From IMG/VR virus record IMGVR_UViG_3300024319_000691: DNA of 64,000 nt; one strand, 5' to 3'. Position numbers and translations under genes: made by a program. Every line of letters begins with the position of its first letter. Positions within the stretch are counted from its first letter, which is position 1. Below are positions 49,737 through 58,433 of this stretch, in pieces. The notes under the pieces were generated by a model. The model did not search any database, was not told the origin of the DNA, and saw only the letters and a list, made by a program, of their open reading frames with translations. The stretch comes from an uncultured virus (IMG/VR IMGVR_UViG_3300024319_000691). Lineage: Duplodnaviria; Heunggongvirae; Uroviricota; Caudoviricetes.

Positions 49737-50066
49737 ATGGAAACAACTATTATTACATTCGGTCTGGGTGTGGTGCTAACTCTAATTATTTTAGGCGCAG
49801 TGTCATTGTTCAGGTCAACTAAAAAAATCAGTGAATTAGATTCGTTGATTAATCACATCGAAAGCGATATTCAAAGTAGAATAGATTCAGTCGAAAACTA
49901 TTTAGATAATTGCATAGATGATCTAGATAGAAGATTAGATTCTAGAGTAGATAGAGCAATTTCTCAATTTGAGAAAGAAATAGAAGTAATGGATTTAAGA
50001 TTAGATAAAATTATTGATAGTTTTAATCTTCAAAAATCCAAAGAAAAGGAAAACATTCCTAATTAA
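49737..50066 (+). CDS. membrane-anchored coiled-coil protein
   Basis: ATG at 49737 (METTIITFGLGVVLTLIILG) preferred over the TTG at 49704. Confidence 0.65.
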   Translation: METTIITFGLGVVLTLIILGAVSLFRSTKKISELDSLINHIESDIQSRIDSVENYLDNCIDDLDRRLDSRVDRAISQFEKEIEVMDLRLDKIIDSFNLQKSKEKENIPN

Positions 50067-50106
50067 TTTAAATAAATAAACATTAACCCATAGTTGTTGA
50101 AGAATA

Positions 50107-50191
50107 GGAGAAGTGGCAGAGTGGTCGAATGCACTGGTCTTGAAAACCAGCGAACTTCACGGTTCCAGGGGTTCGAATCCCTTCTTCTCCG
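50107..50191 (+). tRNA. tRNA-Ser (anticodon TGA)
   Basis: GGAGAAG/CTTCTCC acceptor, CTGGT-cTTGAAa-ACCAG anticodon arm, long variable arm, GGTTCGAATCC; no encoded CCA. Confidence 0.93.
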
Positions 50192-50196
50192 CAATT

Positions 50197-50273
50197 GGTC
50201 TGGTAGTTCAGTTGGTTAGAATACATGCCTGTCACGCATGGGGTCGCGAGTTCGAGTCTCGTCCAGACCGCCA
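50197..50273 (+). tRNA. tRNA-Asp (anticodon GTC)
   Basis: GGTCTGG/CCAGACC acceptor, CATGC-ctGTCac-GCATG, GTTCGAGTC, encoded CCA. Confidence 0.95.
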
Positions 50274-50289
50274 CTTAGAGAAGCACATG

Positions 50290-50316
50290 AAACATTGTGC
50301 TTTTTGGGGGTATAAC
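50290..50316 (+). promoter_or_regulatory. class 2 promoter AAAC-N17-TATAAC overlapping a terminator hairpin
   Basis: Motif match; AAGCACA...TGTGCTT followed by T-run at 50281-50305. Confidence 0.55.
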
Positions 50317-50337
50317 TAATATAGAAAACAATTTAAA

Positions 50338-50574
50338 ATGAGAAAAGTACACAGAGGTAGTCGAGGAATGGTTGCTGGAGTATGTGATGGTTTAGGATAT
50401 TATTTTGGAATTGATCCATTAATATTTAGACTTTTATTCACATTAGCATTCTTTACACCTACAATTCCAGCAATATTAATATACATTATATTTTGGATAG
50501 TAATACCAGCAAATAAAAAAACAAAAACAAATGACAAGAGCGCAAATAGTTCAAAAGCTACTAGACGAAAATAA
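50338..50574 (+). CDS. pspC: PspC domain membrane protein
   Basis: MVAGVCDGLGYYFGIDPLIFRLLF...YIIFWIVIP. Confidence 0.85.
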   Translation: MRKVHRGSRGMVAGVCDGLGYYFGIDPLIFRLLFTLAFFTPTIPAILIYIIFWIVIPANKKTKTNDKSANSSKATRRK

Positions 50575-50710
50575 GATAACAACAGCAGAAGCTGTAGTTC
50601 TTCTTACACCAGAGGATTCATACACTCGTCCTACAACTTATTTACCTTACCAACCACAACGAGGAACAGATCCTTATTGGTTTACAACATCGACACATGA
50701 TAACGCCTAA
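50531..50710 (+). CDS. small hypothetical protein (59 aa, not in ORF track)
   Basis: MTRAQIVQKLLDENKITTAEAVVLL... Confidence 0.55.
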   Translation: MTRAQIVQKLLDENKITTAEAVVLLTPEDSYTRPTTYLPYQPQRGTDPYWFTTSTHDNA

Positions 50711-51095
50711 CTACACCTTTAACGCAAAATTAATTAGAGTAGTAGACGGAGATACTGTATGGGCACATGTAGATTTAGGATTTGATATTTGGAAAAAGGT
50801 AAACGTTAGACTACATGGAATCGATACTCCTGAAACTAGGACTAGAGATCTAGTAGAAAAAAGAGCAGGTCTTAAATCTAAAGAAAGACTAGTGCAATTA
50901 CTAGAACAAGGAAACAATGAATTCGTATTGGTTTCTAAAGAAGTGGATAAATATGGAAGAGCGCTAGGAGAACTATATAATGGTTATCATGAAGTTCATG
51001 TCCATGAAGGTGAAACTAGACCTATATCAATTAGTATAAATCAAGTATTATTAAACGAAGGTTTAGCAAAACCTTATAATGGAGGAAAAAGATAA
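50697..51095 (+). CDS. thermonuclease (SNase-like)
   Basis: RVVDGDTV, VRLHGIDTPE, DKYGRALG, EGLA. Confidence 0.88.
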   Translation: MITPNYTFNAKLIRVVDGDTVWAHVDLGFDIWKKVNVRLHGIDTPETRTRDLVEKRAGLKSKERLVQLLEQGNNEFVLVSKEVDKYGRALGELYNGYHEVHVHEGETRPISISINQVLLNEGLAKPYNGGKR

Positions 51096-51098
51096 AAT

Positions 51099-51677
51099 AT
51101 GAAATCAAGAAAATTTAGCATTTCAGGATTATTAGAATTAAGACCTGGAAAATTTGAAGATGAAAGAGGAGAGTTTATAGAAACATTCAAATCTTCAAAA
51201 CTTAAAGAACTTGGAATTACAGAAGAATTTCTACAAGATAATCAATCTGTTTCTAAGAAAGGAGTATTTAGAGGAATACATTTACAAACCGGAGATAGTG
51301 CTCAAGGAAAATTAGTAAGAGTTTCTAAAGGAGCTGTTGTAGATTTCGCAGTAGATCTTAGACCTGGTTCCCCATCCTATGGAGAATGGACTTATGTATT
51401 ATTAAGTGCGCACGTAGGAAATCAATTTTGGATTCCGGCCGGATTTGGCCATGCGTTTCTTGCCCTTGAGGATGATACAATCTTTTCATATAAATGTACT
51501 AAAGAATATGATAAGAGTGCAGAGGAGTGTCTCCTATGGACCGACAAGGATATAGATCTGACTATAGATAAGAGTATACTTACACAATTCAATATATCAG
51601 ACATCTTAGTCTCCGAAAAGGATAAAGAAGGTATTACGCTAAAGGAATATACTAAAAAATATGGCGTACTGGTTTAA
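51099..51677 (+). CDS. rmlC: dTDP-4-dehydrorhamnose 3,5-epimerase
   Basis: DERGEF, QDNQSVS, RGIHLQ, QGKLVRV, VDLRPGSP, IPAGFGHAF. Confidence 0.93.
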   Translation: MKSRKFSISGLLELRPGKFEDERGEFIETFKSSKLKELGITEEFLQDNQSVSKKGVFRGIHLQTGDSAQGKLVRVSKGAVVDFAVDLRPGSPSYGEWTYVLLSAHVGNQFWIPAGFGHAFLALEDDTIFSYKCTKEYDKSAEECLLWTDKDIDLTIDKSILTQFNISDILVSEKDKEGITLKEYTKKYGVLV

Positions 51678-52146
51678 AAGAAAATACAGACAAATTAAAA
51701 GAGTCTTAGATTACTTGCCAATTATTTGGAAAGGTTATGATTTTGATTATAGATACGCAATTGATTTATTTAAACATCAATTAATACGTACTTCTAATTT
51801 TATGGAATCAGATAGAGCGTATGCCATCGATTCCGATATGAGAGCTAAGAGAATTAAAACCGCTATCGAACTTCTTGATAAAGTTTACGATGAAGAATAT
51901 GGAATGGAATACCAAGATCAGATGAAAAAGATTTATGGCGATAACGTATTAGATTGGAACTTTGAAGATACTGGAAGGGGAGATGGAACTTCATATATTA
52001 ATTATGAATACGAGAAGTGGGAAAACAAAGATAAAGTTAAAGAAACCTTTGATAAACTATTTAAACAGTCTAAAGAAAAGCAAATTAAAGCAGAGAAATT
52101 AGTATGGAAATTTATATCCCATAACATCCGAGGATGGTGGGATTAA
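51661..52146 (+). CDS. hypothetical protein
   Basis: 161-aa ORF ending WWD. Confidence 0.7.
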   Translation: MAYWFKRKYRQIKRVLDYLPIIWKGYDFDYRYAIDLFKHQLIRTSNFMESDRAYAIDSDMRAKRIKTAIELLDKVYDEEYGMEYQDQMKKIYGDNVLDWNFEDTGRGDGTSYINYEYEKWENKDKVKETFDKLFKQSKEKQIKAEKLVWKFISHNIRGWWD

Positions 52147-52173
52147 AATAATTTGAAAATAATTGCCTAAATA

Positions 52174-52205
52174 TTTTTTTATCTCAGATATTTTGCTTAT
52201 ATTAG
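52174..52205 (+). promoter_or_regulatory. class 1 (early) promoter repeat, copy 3
   Basis: TTTTTTTATCTCAGATATTTTGCTTATATTAG. Confidence 0.7.
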
Positions 52206-52233
52206 TATAGTAATAATCAATAAAGCAAAAGAT

Positions 52234-52461
52234 ATGTCACTTAATTTAAACTTAGAAAAAGCTTGGGTAACCTTCTTAAATGATGGTTGGGAAAGCGTTT
52301 GGCATCCAGTAACAGACGTTCTTGGAAACCATTTAGACTGGTCAGACGAAATCATGGACCATTGTAGAAAACAATTTAATGACTCTGACAATTGGGTTAG
52401 TTTTGGAATCGCTCCTACTTCTCAAATGTTAATTAAAAACTCAGTAAGAGATAACCTTTAA
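52234..52461 (+). CDS. hypothetical protein
   Basis: ORF directly after class 1 promoter. Confidence 0.65.
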   Translation: MSLNLNLEKAWVTFLNDGWESVWHPVTDVLGNHLDWSDEIMDHCRKQFNDSDNWVSFGIAPTSQMLIKNSVRDNL

Positions 52462-52471
52462 AAATATAAAA

Positions 52472-52930
52472 ATGAAAACAGTAATTTTCGATTTAGATGG
52501 AACTCTCGCTCTTATCGACGATAGGAGAGCTATTTCCACAAAAGATAATGGTAAAATGGATTGGGACACTTTCTTCGATCCAGCAAACATTCAATTAGAT
52601 AAACCGAATTGGCCAGTTATTCACATGGCACGACTTCTTAAAAAAGATGGACATCGTGTTGTAATTTTCAGTGGAAGATCTAAAGCTACTAAAGACGCAA
52701 CGAAAGATTGGTTAAACGATCTTGATATTCCATTTGATGTTTTAAAGATGCGACCAACTGCTGGAGGTTTTAAGTTTATGAAAGATGATGTATTAAAGAA
52801 AAAGTGGCTTGATGATTTATTTCCAAACACTGACGATATTACATGTGTCTTTGACGATAGAGATAAAGTAGTTCAAATGTGGAGAGATAATGGTATCACT
52901 TGCTTTCAAGTAGCTGACGGTAATTTTTAA
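52472..52930 (+). CDS. HAD-family phosphatase (PseT/PNK 3'-phosphatase-like)
   Basis: FDLDGTLA, FSGR, MRP, K...K, FDDRDKVVQMWR. Confidence 0.85.
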   Translation: MKTVIFDLDGTLALIDDRRAISTKDNGKMDWDTFFDPANIQLDKPNWPVIHMARLLKKDGHRVVIFSGRSKATKDATKDWLNDLDIPFDVLKMRPTAGGFKFMKDDVLKKKWLDDLFPNTDDITCVFDDRDKVVQMWRDNGITCFQVADGNF

Positions 52931-52940
52931 AATAAAAGAT

Positions 52941-53225
52941 ATGAAATTCAAAGATTTAACATTTAACAAACAAACACACGGTGGTGTAGGAGCTACTGCA
53001 AAATTCAAAGAAGTTACAGTGAGTATTCAGGCTGGTAAGTTTGTTTACAGTAATCCTCGAGAGGATGGCTTAGACTCTACACAATACTCTTCATTCGAAG
53101 TTGCTATATGGGAGAACTCCAAAGACGGAAGTTTTGTCACTTCTAAATTTATAGATACTGAAGACGAAGTTGCAGGATGGACTTCTAAAAAAGATATTGA
53201 TAATCTTTTACAAAAATTGAAATAA
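52941..53225 (+). CDS. hypothetical protein
   Basis: 94-aa ORF. Confidence 0.65.
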   Translation: MKFKDLTFNKQTHGGVGATAKFKEVTVSIQAGKFVYSNPREDGLDSTQYSSFEVAIWENSKDGSFVTSKFIDTEDEVAGWTSKKDIDNLLQKLK

Positions 53226-53452
53226 TGGGAATAGAAGGATTATTTTTAACAATTTTTTTAGGAGCATTTGCATTCGTAATGGGATGGATGAAAGGATGTG
53301 AAGACGAGCAATCGAGAATTAGAGAAGCTTTCAGGTCAGAAGAATATGACTATGAAGGCTTCTTTAACGTTCTTGAAAAATACGAAGAGGAGAAGGAAGC
53401 GGCTAAGCAATGGGCTAAGTTTAATAAAAAAAGAAAAAAAAATCAAAAATAA
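53225..53452 (+). CDS. small membrane protein
   Basis: N-terminal hydrophobic helix. Confidence 0.6.
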   Translation: MGIEGLFLTIFLGAFAFVMGWMKGCEDEQSRIREAFRSEEYDYEGFFNVLEKYEEEKEAAKQWAKFNKKRKKNQK

Positions 53453-53463
53453 ACAGCCTAGAA

Positions 53464-53495
53464 TTTTTTTATCTCAGATTTTTTGCTTATATTAG
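53464..53495 (+). promoter_or_regulatory. class 1 (early) promoter repeat, copy 4
   Basis: TTTTTTTATCTCAGATTTTTTGCTTATATTAG. Confidence 0.7.
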
Positions 53496-53524
53496 TAGAG
53501 TAATAATTAATAAAAGAAACCATT

Positions 53525-53725
53525 ATGGCAGAATTAAAAAACAAACAATATATGTTCACCTTTGAAGGTGGCGGTTGGAACACAGTGTGGGCCAAAACTA
53601 AACGCGGTGCAATTAAAGCCGCTCTTAAAGAATACTCAGATTCAAATACTTTGAATCCACGTATTGATTCTTTTCATAAAGCTACCGAAGAAGGTCTTCG
53701 AAATGCAATGTCTCTTTTCTACTAA
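53525..53725 (+). CDS. hypothetical protein
   Basis: ORF after class 1 promoter. Confidence 0.65.
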   Translation: MAELKNKQYMFTFEGGGWNTVWAKTKRGAIKAALKEYSDSNTLNPRIDSFHKATEEGLRNAMSLFY

Positions 53726-53735
53726 AAAAATAAAA

Positions 53736-54080
53736 ATGAATAAACTACAATCACTTAAATGCGTTGAAGTAACTTCACAGACGCAAGCCGACAATGGAAC
53801 TATTTGTTACCATGACCCTATCACGAATACTGACTATCTTTCTTATGAAAGTGGATATATTCGTAGAGCATATACCCGTAATTACGAAAATTACAAAGGA
53901 TATGAATGGTCTCATCGAACGATCTATCAATTAAATCCTACTAAGAAATCAATGCATGAATGGAATGGAACCACATGGCCTTCAACTGAAAGGATTATGA
54001 TCGAAGATCCAAGCGAGCGTTTAGACAGACTTGCAAAGGCTGTAGTTAATTATAGAAAAACTCTTAGTAAGAATGCGTAA
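53736..54080 (+). CDS. hypothetical protein
   Basis: Likely start MNKLQSLK at 53736. Confidence 0.65.
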   Translation: MNKLQSLKCVEVTSQTQADNGTICYHDPITNTDYLSYESGYIRRAYTRNYENYKGYEWSHRTIYQLNPTKKSMHEWNGTTWPSTERIMIEDPSERLDRLAKAVVNYRKTLSKNA

Positions 54081-54189
54081 ACTAAAACATACACTTAAGC
54101 AGATTGATAGCGTAGACATCGTCCTAATTACTGCATTTGGACTTTATATGATTCTACTTGTTTCTAACCTTTTAAAAATGGTAAACTAA
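54073..54189 (+). CDS. 38-aa membrane peptide (not in ORF track)
   Basis: MRKLKHTLKQIDSVDIVLITAFGLYMILLVSNLLKMVN; overlaps neighbours' stop and start. Confidence 0.45.
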   Translation: MRKLKHTLKQIDSVDIVLITAFGLYMILLVSNLLKMVN

Positions 54190-54422
54190 TGAGATATACA
54201 GTAACATTTGAAGTATACATTGATGCAGATAACGATAAACATGCTCTTTCAAAGGGTGAACTTATCGCTGACAATCAAGAAAATAAGTACGGCCAATCAT
54301 GGGATGTAACTGAATTACACCAAACTCCTTTCGCTTCTTTTAATACAAAAAAAGTAGATATTCAAAAACTTAGAACGGAGCAAATGATTAAATCAATAGA
54401 AGAAGATCCATTACCGTTTTAA
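54189..54422 (+). CDS. hypothetical protein
   Basis: 77-aa ORF. Confidence 0.6.
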   Translation: MRYTVTFEVYIDADNDKHALSKGELIADNQENKYGQSWDVTELHQTPFASFNTKKVDIQKLRTEQMIKSIEEDPLPF

Positions 54423-54423
54423 T

Positions 54424-54615
54424 ATGATAACTTATCTATTTATTGGGGTAATTTATTCTTTTATTATGCACCTTTCATGGGATCATCATAGAAGAAATGA
54501 TAAAAACTTTGGATTAGAAAAGTGGACACTTAAAGAATCTTTGGTATTAACGGTAATTTGGCCACTATACCTTCTATATTTCATTTATTCTTTTTTTAAA
54601 GGATTAGGAGATTAA
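54424..54615 (+). CDS. small two-TM membrane protein
   Basis: YLFIGVIYS...LTVIWPLYLLY. Confidence 0.6.
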   Translation: MITYLFIGVIYSFIMHLSWDHHRRNDKNFGLEKWTLKESLVLTVIWPLYLLYFIYSFFKGLGD

Positions 54616-54640
54616 ACTTTTTATAAAACTCATATATAAT
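54614..54640 (+). promoter_or_regulatory. class 2 promoter AAAC-N17-TATAAT
   Basis: Motif match upstream of glycosylase. Confidence 0.55.
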
Positions 54641-54644
54641 CAAT

Positions 54645-55478
54645 ATGCCAGAATTAGCAGAATTAAAATTTACAGCAGATTACGTTAACCAAATGTCGGA
54701 AGGCATGAAATATGTTAACGTAGTAAAAAACCCAGAACATAAGTGTGAAGATCTAAATATACCCTTTAAGTTTTTTAAAATTAAAGCAGAATCTAGGGGT
54801 AAGGAAATGGTTCTTCTTATTTTAGATAATGATTCTGATAAAATTATTCCAATTCGAATGACAATGGGAATGAGCGGGTATTTTAAATTGACTAATACTG
54901 GTGACGAAGCAAAACATTCACACCTTAAATTTCATCGCAAAGACGGAACAACCCTTTCATTTGTAGATATGCGTAGATTTGGCAAGTGGAAGCAGGGTTT
55001 ATGGTGGAATGATACACGAGGGGAGGATCCAACGACCTCCTTTGATTCTTTTTGGAAAGATATAATGACTAATCTAACGTCACGCGCTTTCAGGAAACCA
55101 CTCTATGAAGTCCTGATGAACCAAAAATATTTTAATGGAATAGGAAATTACCTAAGAGCGGAGATTATTTATAGAGCCAAAGATGTAGATCCGTTTCTTC
55201 CAGCTGGAATGCAACTAGCAAAATACCCTAAAATACTAGAACTATGTAAAGATATTCCAATGCTAGCATACGCAAAAGGAGGAGGAAGCATTAAAGATTG
55301 GGATAATCCATTCGGAACAGATGCTATTCAAGAAAAATTCATGCTATGTTATGGAAATCCTGTTATGTCGAAAAGAAAAGATTCGAATGGAAGAACATTT
55401 TGGTATGATTCTAAATGGGACAATGTTCCTACAAGTAGAGACGATTTAAAAGAATATTTCCATGGCGATAGAAGCTAA
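54645..55478 (+). CDS. nei: Fpg/Nei-family DNA glycosylase/AP lyase, NEIL1-like
   Basis: MPELAE, RGKE, GMSG, FVDMRRFGKW, H2TH NQKYFNGIGNYLRAEI, zincless-finger-like DSNGRTFWY. Confidence 0.9.
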   Translation: MPELAELKFTADYVNQMSEGMKYVNVVKNPEHKCEDLNIPFKFFKIKAESRGKEMVLLILDNDSDKIIPIRMTMGMSGYFKLTNTGDEAKHSHLKFHRKDGTTLSFVDMRRFGKWKQGLWWNDTRGEDPTTSFDSFWKDIMTNLTSRAFRKPLYEVLMNQKYFNGIGNYLRAEIIYRAKDVDPFLPAGMQLAKYPKILELCKDIPMLAYAKGGGSIKDWDNPFGTDAIQEKFMLCYGNPVMSKRKDSNGRTFWYDSKWDNVPTSRDDLKEYFHGDRS

Positions 55479-55647
55479 GAAGTGGCTTAACGAAAACGAA
55501 TGGCCAGATAATAATATAGACAGTGATGCATTTTCTCATTACACTAAAATGAGCAGTATCATGGAACAATATGCCAGAGAATATCATGCTAAGAAATTAG
55601 AAGAAGCTCGAAAAAAAGAAGTAACACAATTTAAAAAGTTCTTATGA
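55462..55647 (+). CDS. hypothetical protein
   Basis: 61-aa coupled ORF. Confidence 0.6.
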   Translation: MAIEAKKWLNENEWPDNNIDSDAFSHYTKMSSIMEQYAREYHAKKLEEARKKEVTQFKKFL

Positions 55648-56276
55648 AGAAACTAGAACGCATGCAAAACTTAATCGTAGTTGGACATCCTGATAAAAAA
55701 TCATTTTGTTATAACGGAATTTTTAAAACAATCCAAGAATCTCTATTAGATAGTGATTACCTAAATGAAATACAGGTAATAGATTTATATAGAGATGATT
55801 TTTCTCAACCAAGAAAAGATCTTATTAAGGAATATCAAGATGCTGTAACATGGGCGGATAGAATTTACTTCGTATCTCCTGTTTGGTGGTTTAGATTAAC
55901 ACCTAGAATGGAAATATTCTTTGACGAAGTATTTACCCCAGGTTTTGCGTATAAGTTTGTTCCCCTTTTCGGAGCATACGCGTATCCAAAGCCATTCTTA
56001 AGTGATAAAAAGGTAAGGACATATATAACCCATGGAGCTCCTTCATTACCCGTAAGAACTCTATATTTAAACTCAGTTAAATTACGTTTAGTGATGGGAG
56101 TATTTACATTTGTATTTGGATGGAATATTTCAAGATGGTTAAAGACAAAACAATTTTGGTCAGTTCCCTTCGTGAGCGATGCAAAAAGAAAGAAATATTT
56201 AGACAGAGTTAAAAAAGATATTAAGAGAGATCTTAAAAAACATCAAACATTACCTATGCAACATGAAAGTATATAG
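55644..56276 (+). CDS. NAD(P)H:quinone oxidoreductase, flavodoxin-like fold
   Basis: GHPDKKSF, DLYRDDF, PVWW, DEVFTPGFAY. Confidence 0.85.
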   Translation: MKKLERMQNLIVVGHPDKKSFCYNGIFKTIQESLLDSDYLNEIQVIDLYRDDFSQPRKDLIKEYQDAVTWADRIYFVSPVWWFRLTPRMEIFFDEVFTPGFAYKFVPLFGAYAYPKPFLSDKKVRTYITHGAPSLPVRTLYLNSVKLRLVMGVFTFVFGWNISRWLKTKQFWSVPFVSDAKRKKYLDRVKKDIKRDLKKHQTLPMQHESI

Positions 56277-56514
56277 ACCCACAAAAGAAATGAGAATTAA
56301 TCCACTTTCCTTACAGGAGGGAGGATCTACAGTAACGGTGATTTACGATAATTACGCCGTTGAATTTACAAACATTAAATCTCCTTATTCGTATATTTCT
56401 TCTATTCGCTTTGCTAAACGCAATGATATTTCTCTTAGAGGTTTTTTAATAAACGGTGAAGTATATGACATGTGTAGTGGTAATAAAGAAACAAAAATAA
56501 ATAAATCAGTATAA
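56263..56514 (+). CDS. hypothetical protein
   Basis: 83-aa coupled ORF. Confidence 0.6.
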   Translation: MKVYRPTKEMRINPLSLQEGGSTVTVIYDNYAVEFTNIKSPYSYISSIRFAKRNDISLRGFLINGEVYDMCSGNKETKINKSV

Positions 56515-56515
56515 T
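56489..56515 (+). promoter_or_regulatory. class 2 promoter AAAC-N17-TATAAT
   Basis: Motif match upstream of epimerase. Confidence 0.55.
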
Positions 56516-56520
56516 ATTAT

Positions 56521-57414
56521 ATGAAAAACGTATTAGTCACAGGTGGTGCAGGATTTGTCGGAAGCAACCTCATTAAACACCTACAGGAAACCTACCCAAA
56601 AATTAAAATAACTTCATTAGATAATTACTTCACGGGAAAAGAAGAAAATCATGTTCCTGGCGTAACCTATTATAGAGGACATACTTGGGAAGCAGATACT
56701 ATTTTTGAAAAATTAACAGAAGAAAATTACTTTGACACTGTATTTCACTTTGGAGAATATAGTAGAATTGTTCAATCGTTTGAAGATATTGATTTTGTTC
56801 ATAGGTCTATTCTATCTGGAACACCTGTTATATTAGAACTATGTAGAAAATGGAATTCAAAGTTAATTTATTCTGCATCTAGTTCTAAATTCGGTAACAA
56901 CGGTGAAGATGAGAATCTTTCTCCTTATGCTTGGATGAAATCTAAGATGGTAGAATTAATCAAAAACTATAATACATGGTATGATCTTCAATATGAGATC
57001 TGTTATTTCTTTAATGTATATGGACCTGGCCAAATTACATCAGGTGATTATGCAACAGTTGTCGGTATTTTTGAAAGACAATTTAAAGCAGGTGAAAAGT
57101 GTTCAGTAGTTTCTCCTGGAAATCAAAGCAGAGACTTCACACACGTTGAAGACGTAGTTACAGCTCTTGGATTAGCAGCACAGAGAAAAGACAATCACGA
57201 ATGGCACCTGAGAAGCGGAGTTAATACTACAATGATAGAATTAGCAGAAATGTATGGTGATTGGGTAATGATTCCTGAAAGAAGAGGCGAAAGGTTTACA
57301 AGCGAAGACTTCCCATCAGACACTGAAGAAAAATTAGGCTGGAAACCAACTTGGAAATTACAAGATTGGGTAAATTTAGTAACATCATCAAAACAAGAAA
57401 AAATTAATGCATAA
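56521..57414 (+). CDS. NAD-dependent nucleotide-sugar epimerase/dehydratase
   Basis: TGGAGFVGS, ASSS, YAWMK (YxxxK), FNVYGP, RDFTHVEDV. Confidence 0.88.
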   Translation: MKNVLVTGGAGFVGSNLIKHLQETYPKIKITSLDNYFTGKEENHVPGVTYYRGHTWEADTIFEKLTEENYFDTVFHFGEYSRIVQSFEDIDFVHRSILSGTPVILELCRKWNSKLIYSASSSKFGNNGEDENLSPYAWMKSKMVELIKNYNTWYDLQYEICYFFNVYGPGQITSGDYATVVGIFERQFKAGEKCSVVSPGNQSRDFTHVEDVVTALGLAAQRKDNHEWHLRSGVNTTMIELAEMYGDWVMIPERRGERFTSEDFPSDTEEKLGWKPTWKLQDWVNLVTSSKQEKINA

Positions 57415-57898
57415 AAAAGGTAAAATAGTATTAGTAGGAAAGGCAGCCGCTGGAAAAGATTATTTAAGAACTAGATATGAAAATAGAGGTTTCGTTTTTG
57501 GAGTCTCTTATACTACTCGTCCTCCTCGTAAGAAGGCAAACGAACAAGAAGGAGTAGACTACTATTTTGTAAACGAAGATAGCTTTAAAAACATGATCGA
57601 TAATGATGAATTCGTTGAGTATCAAAAATTTAACGGATGGTATTACGGAATCACAAAGGAAGAATTTGAAAGATGTGACGTAATGATTTTAAATGCGGAA
57701 GCAGTCGATTTATTAAATGAAGAATATCGAAGCAGATGCTTTGTAACTTATATAGATATACCAATTGACGTAAGAAGATCAAGGATCATAGAAAGAAACG
57801 ACCCAGATGACAATTTTGAAAGAAGAATTCAGGCTGATGAAGATCAATTTAGAAACTTTTTCAATTATGATTGTAGAATAACTAACCACAACTTTTAA
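57407..57898 (+). CDS. gmk: guanylate kinase-like NMP kinase
   Basis: GKAAAGKD, SYTTRPPR, EGVDYYFV, WYYG. Confidence 0.8.
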   Translation: MHKKGKIVLVGKAAAGKDYLRTRYENRGFVFGVSYTTRPPRKKANEQEGVDYYFVNEDSFKNMIDNDEFVEYQKFNGWYYGITKEEFERCDVMILNAEAVDLLNEEYRSRCFVTYIDIPIDVRRSRIIERNDPDDNFERRIQADEDQFRNFFNYDCRITNHNF

Positions 57899-57920
57899 AA
57901 CAACAATAAATAATAATAAG

Positions 57921-58433
57921 ATGGCAGATTTAAAGATGAACTTATCACAACTAGAAACAAAGAGAGACGAACTTATCAAAGAAATTGATGCGACTTCAAA
58001 GGATATGACTAATAAAACCTATGATGTTGATTTCGTAAGTAACGCTAATATTAACAAAACATTATCTCATCTAGATAAAAATTACAAATGGACAGTTAAG
58101 AATGCTGCTCTTTTAATTAATCTTCACGAAGCTCTAAAGGCTGAAAAAACTAGAATTTCAAAAGAAGGTGGCGATGCAATAGTAGCCCTAAAAACAGTTC
58201 CACTTAATACACTATACAGTGCTCTGACAACACTTGAAGGAACAGGTGTATCTCAGGCAAAAGCATTTACAACTCTTCTTACACAGGTAGGTTTCAATAT
58301 TAGTGAAGCCATGAAAACTATGCAGGAATCAAATAAAGAAATACAAACTCTTCATGTTTCTTTAGCTGAAGTTGAAAAAGAAATAGAAGAGAATAACGTA
58401 GAAACAGTAACACCGGATGAAGTTAGCAAGTAA
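57921..58433 (+). CDS. hypothetical helical protein
   Basis: 170-aa ORF. Confidence 0.7.
   Translation: MADLKMNLSQLETKRDELIKEIDATSKDMTNKTYDVDFVSNANINKTLSHLDKNYKWTVKNAALLINLHEALKAEKTRISKEGGDAIVALKTVPLNTLYSALTTLEGTGVSQAKAFTTLLTQVGFNISEAMKTMQESNKEIQTLHVSLAEVEKEIEENNVETVTPDEVSK

Noticed and set aside
50083..50319. ORFs 50083..50274 (-) and 50113..50319 (+)
   Set aside because: They are translations of the two tRNA genes
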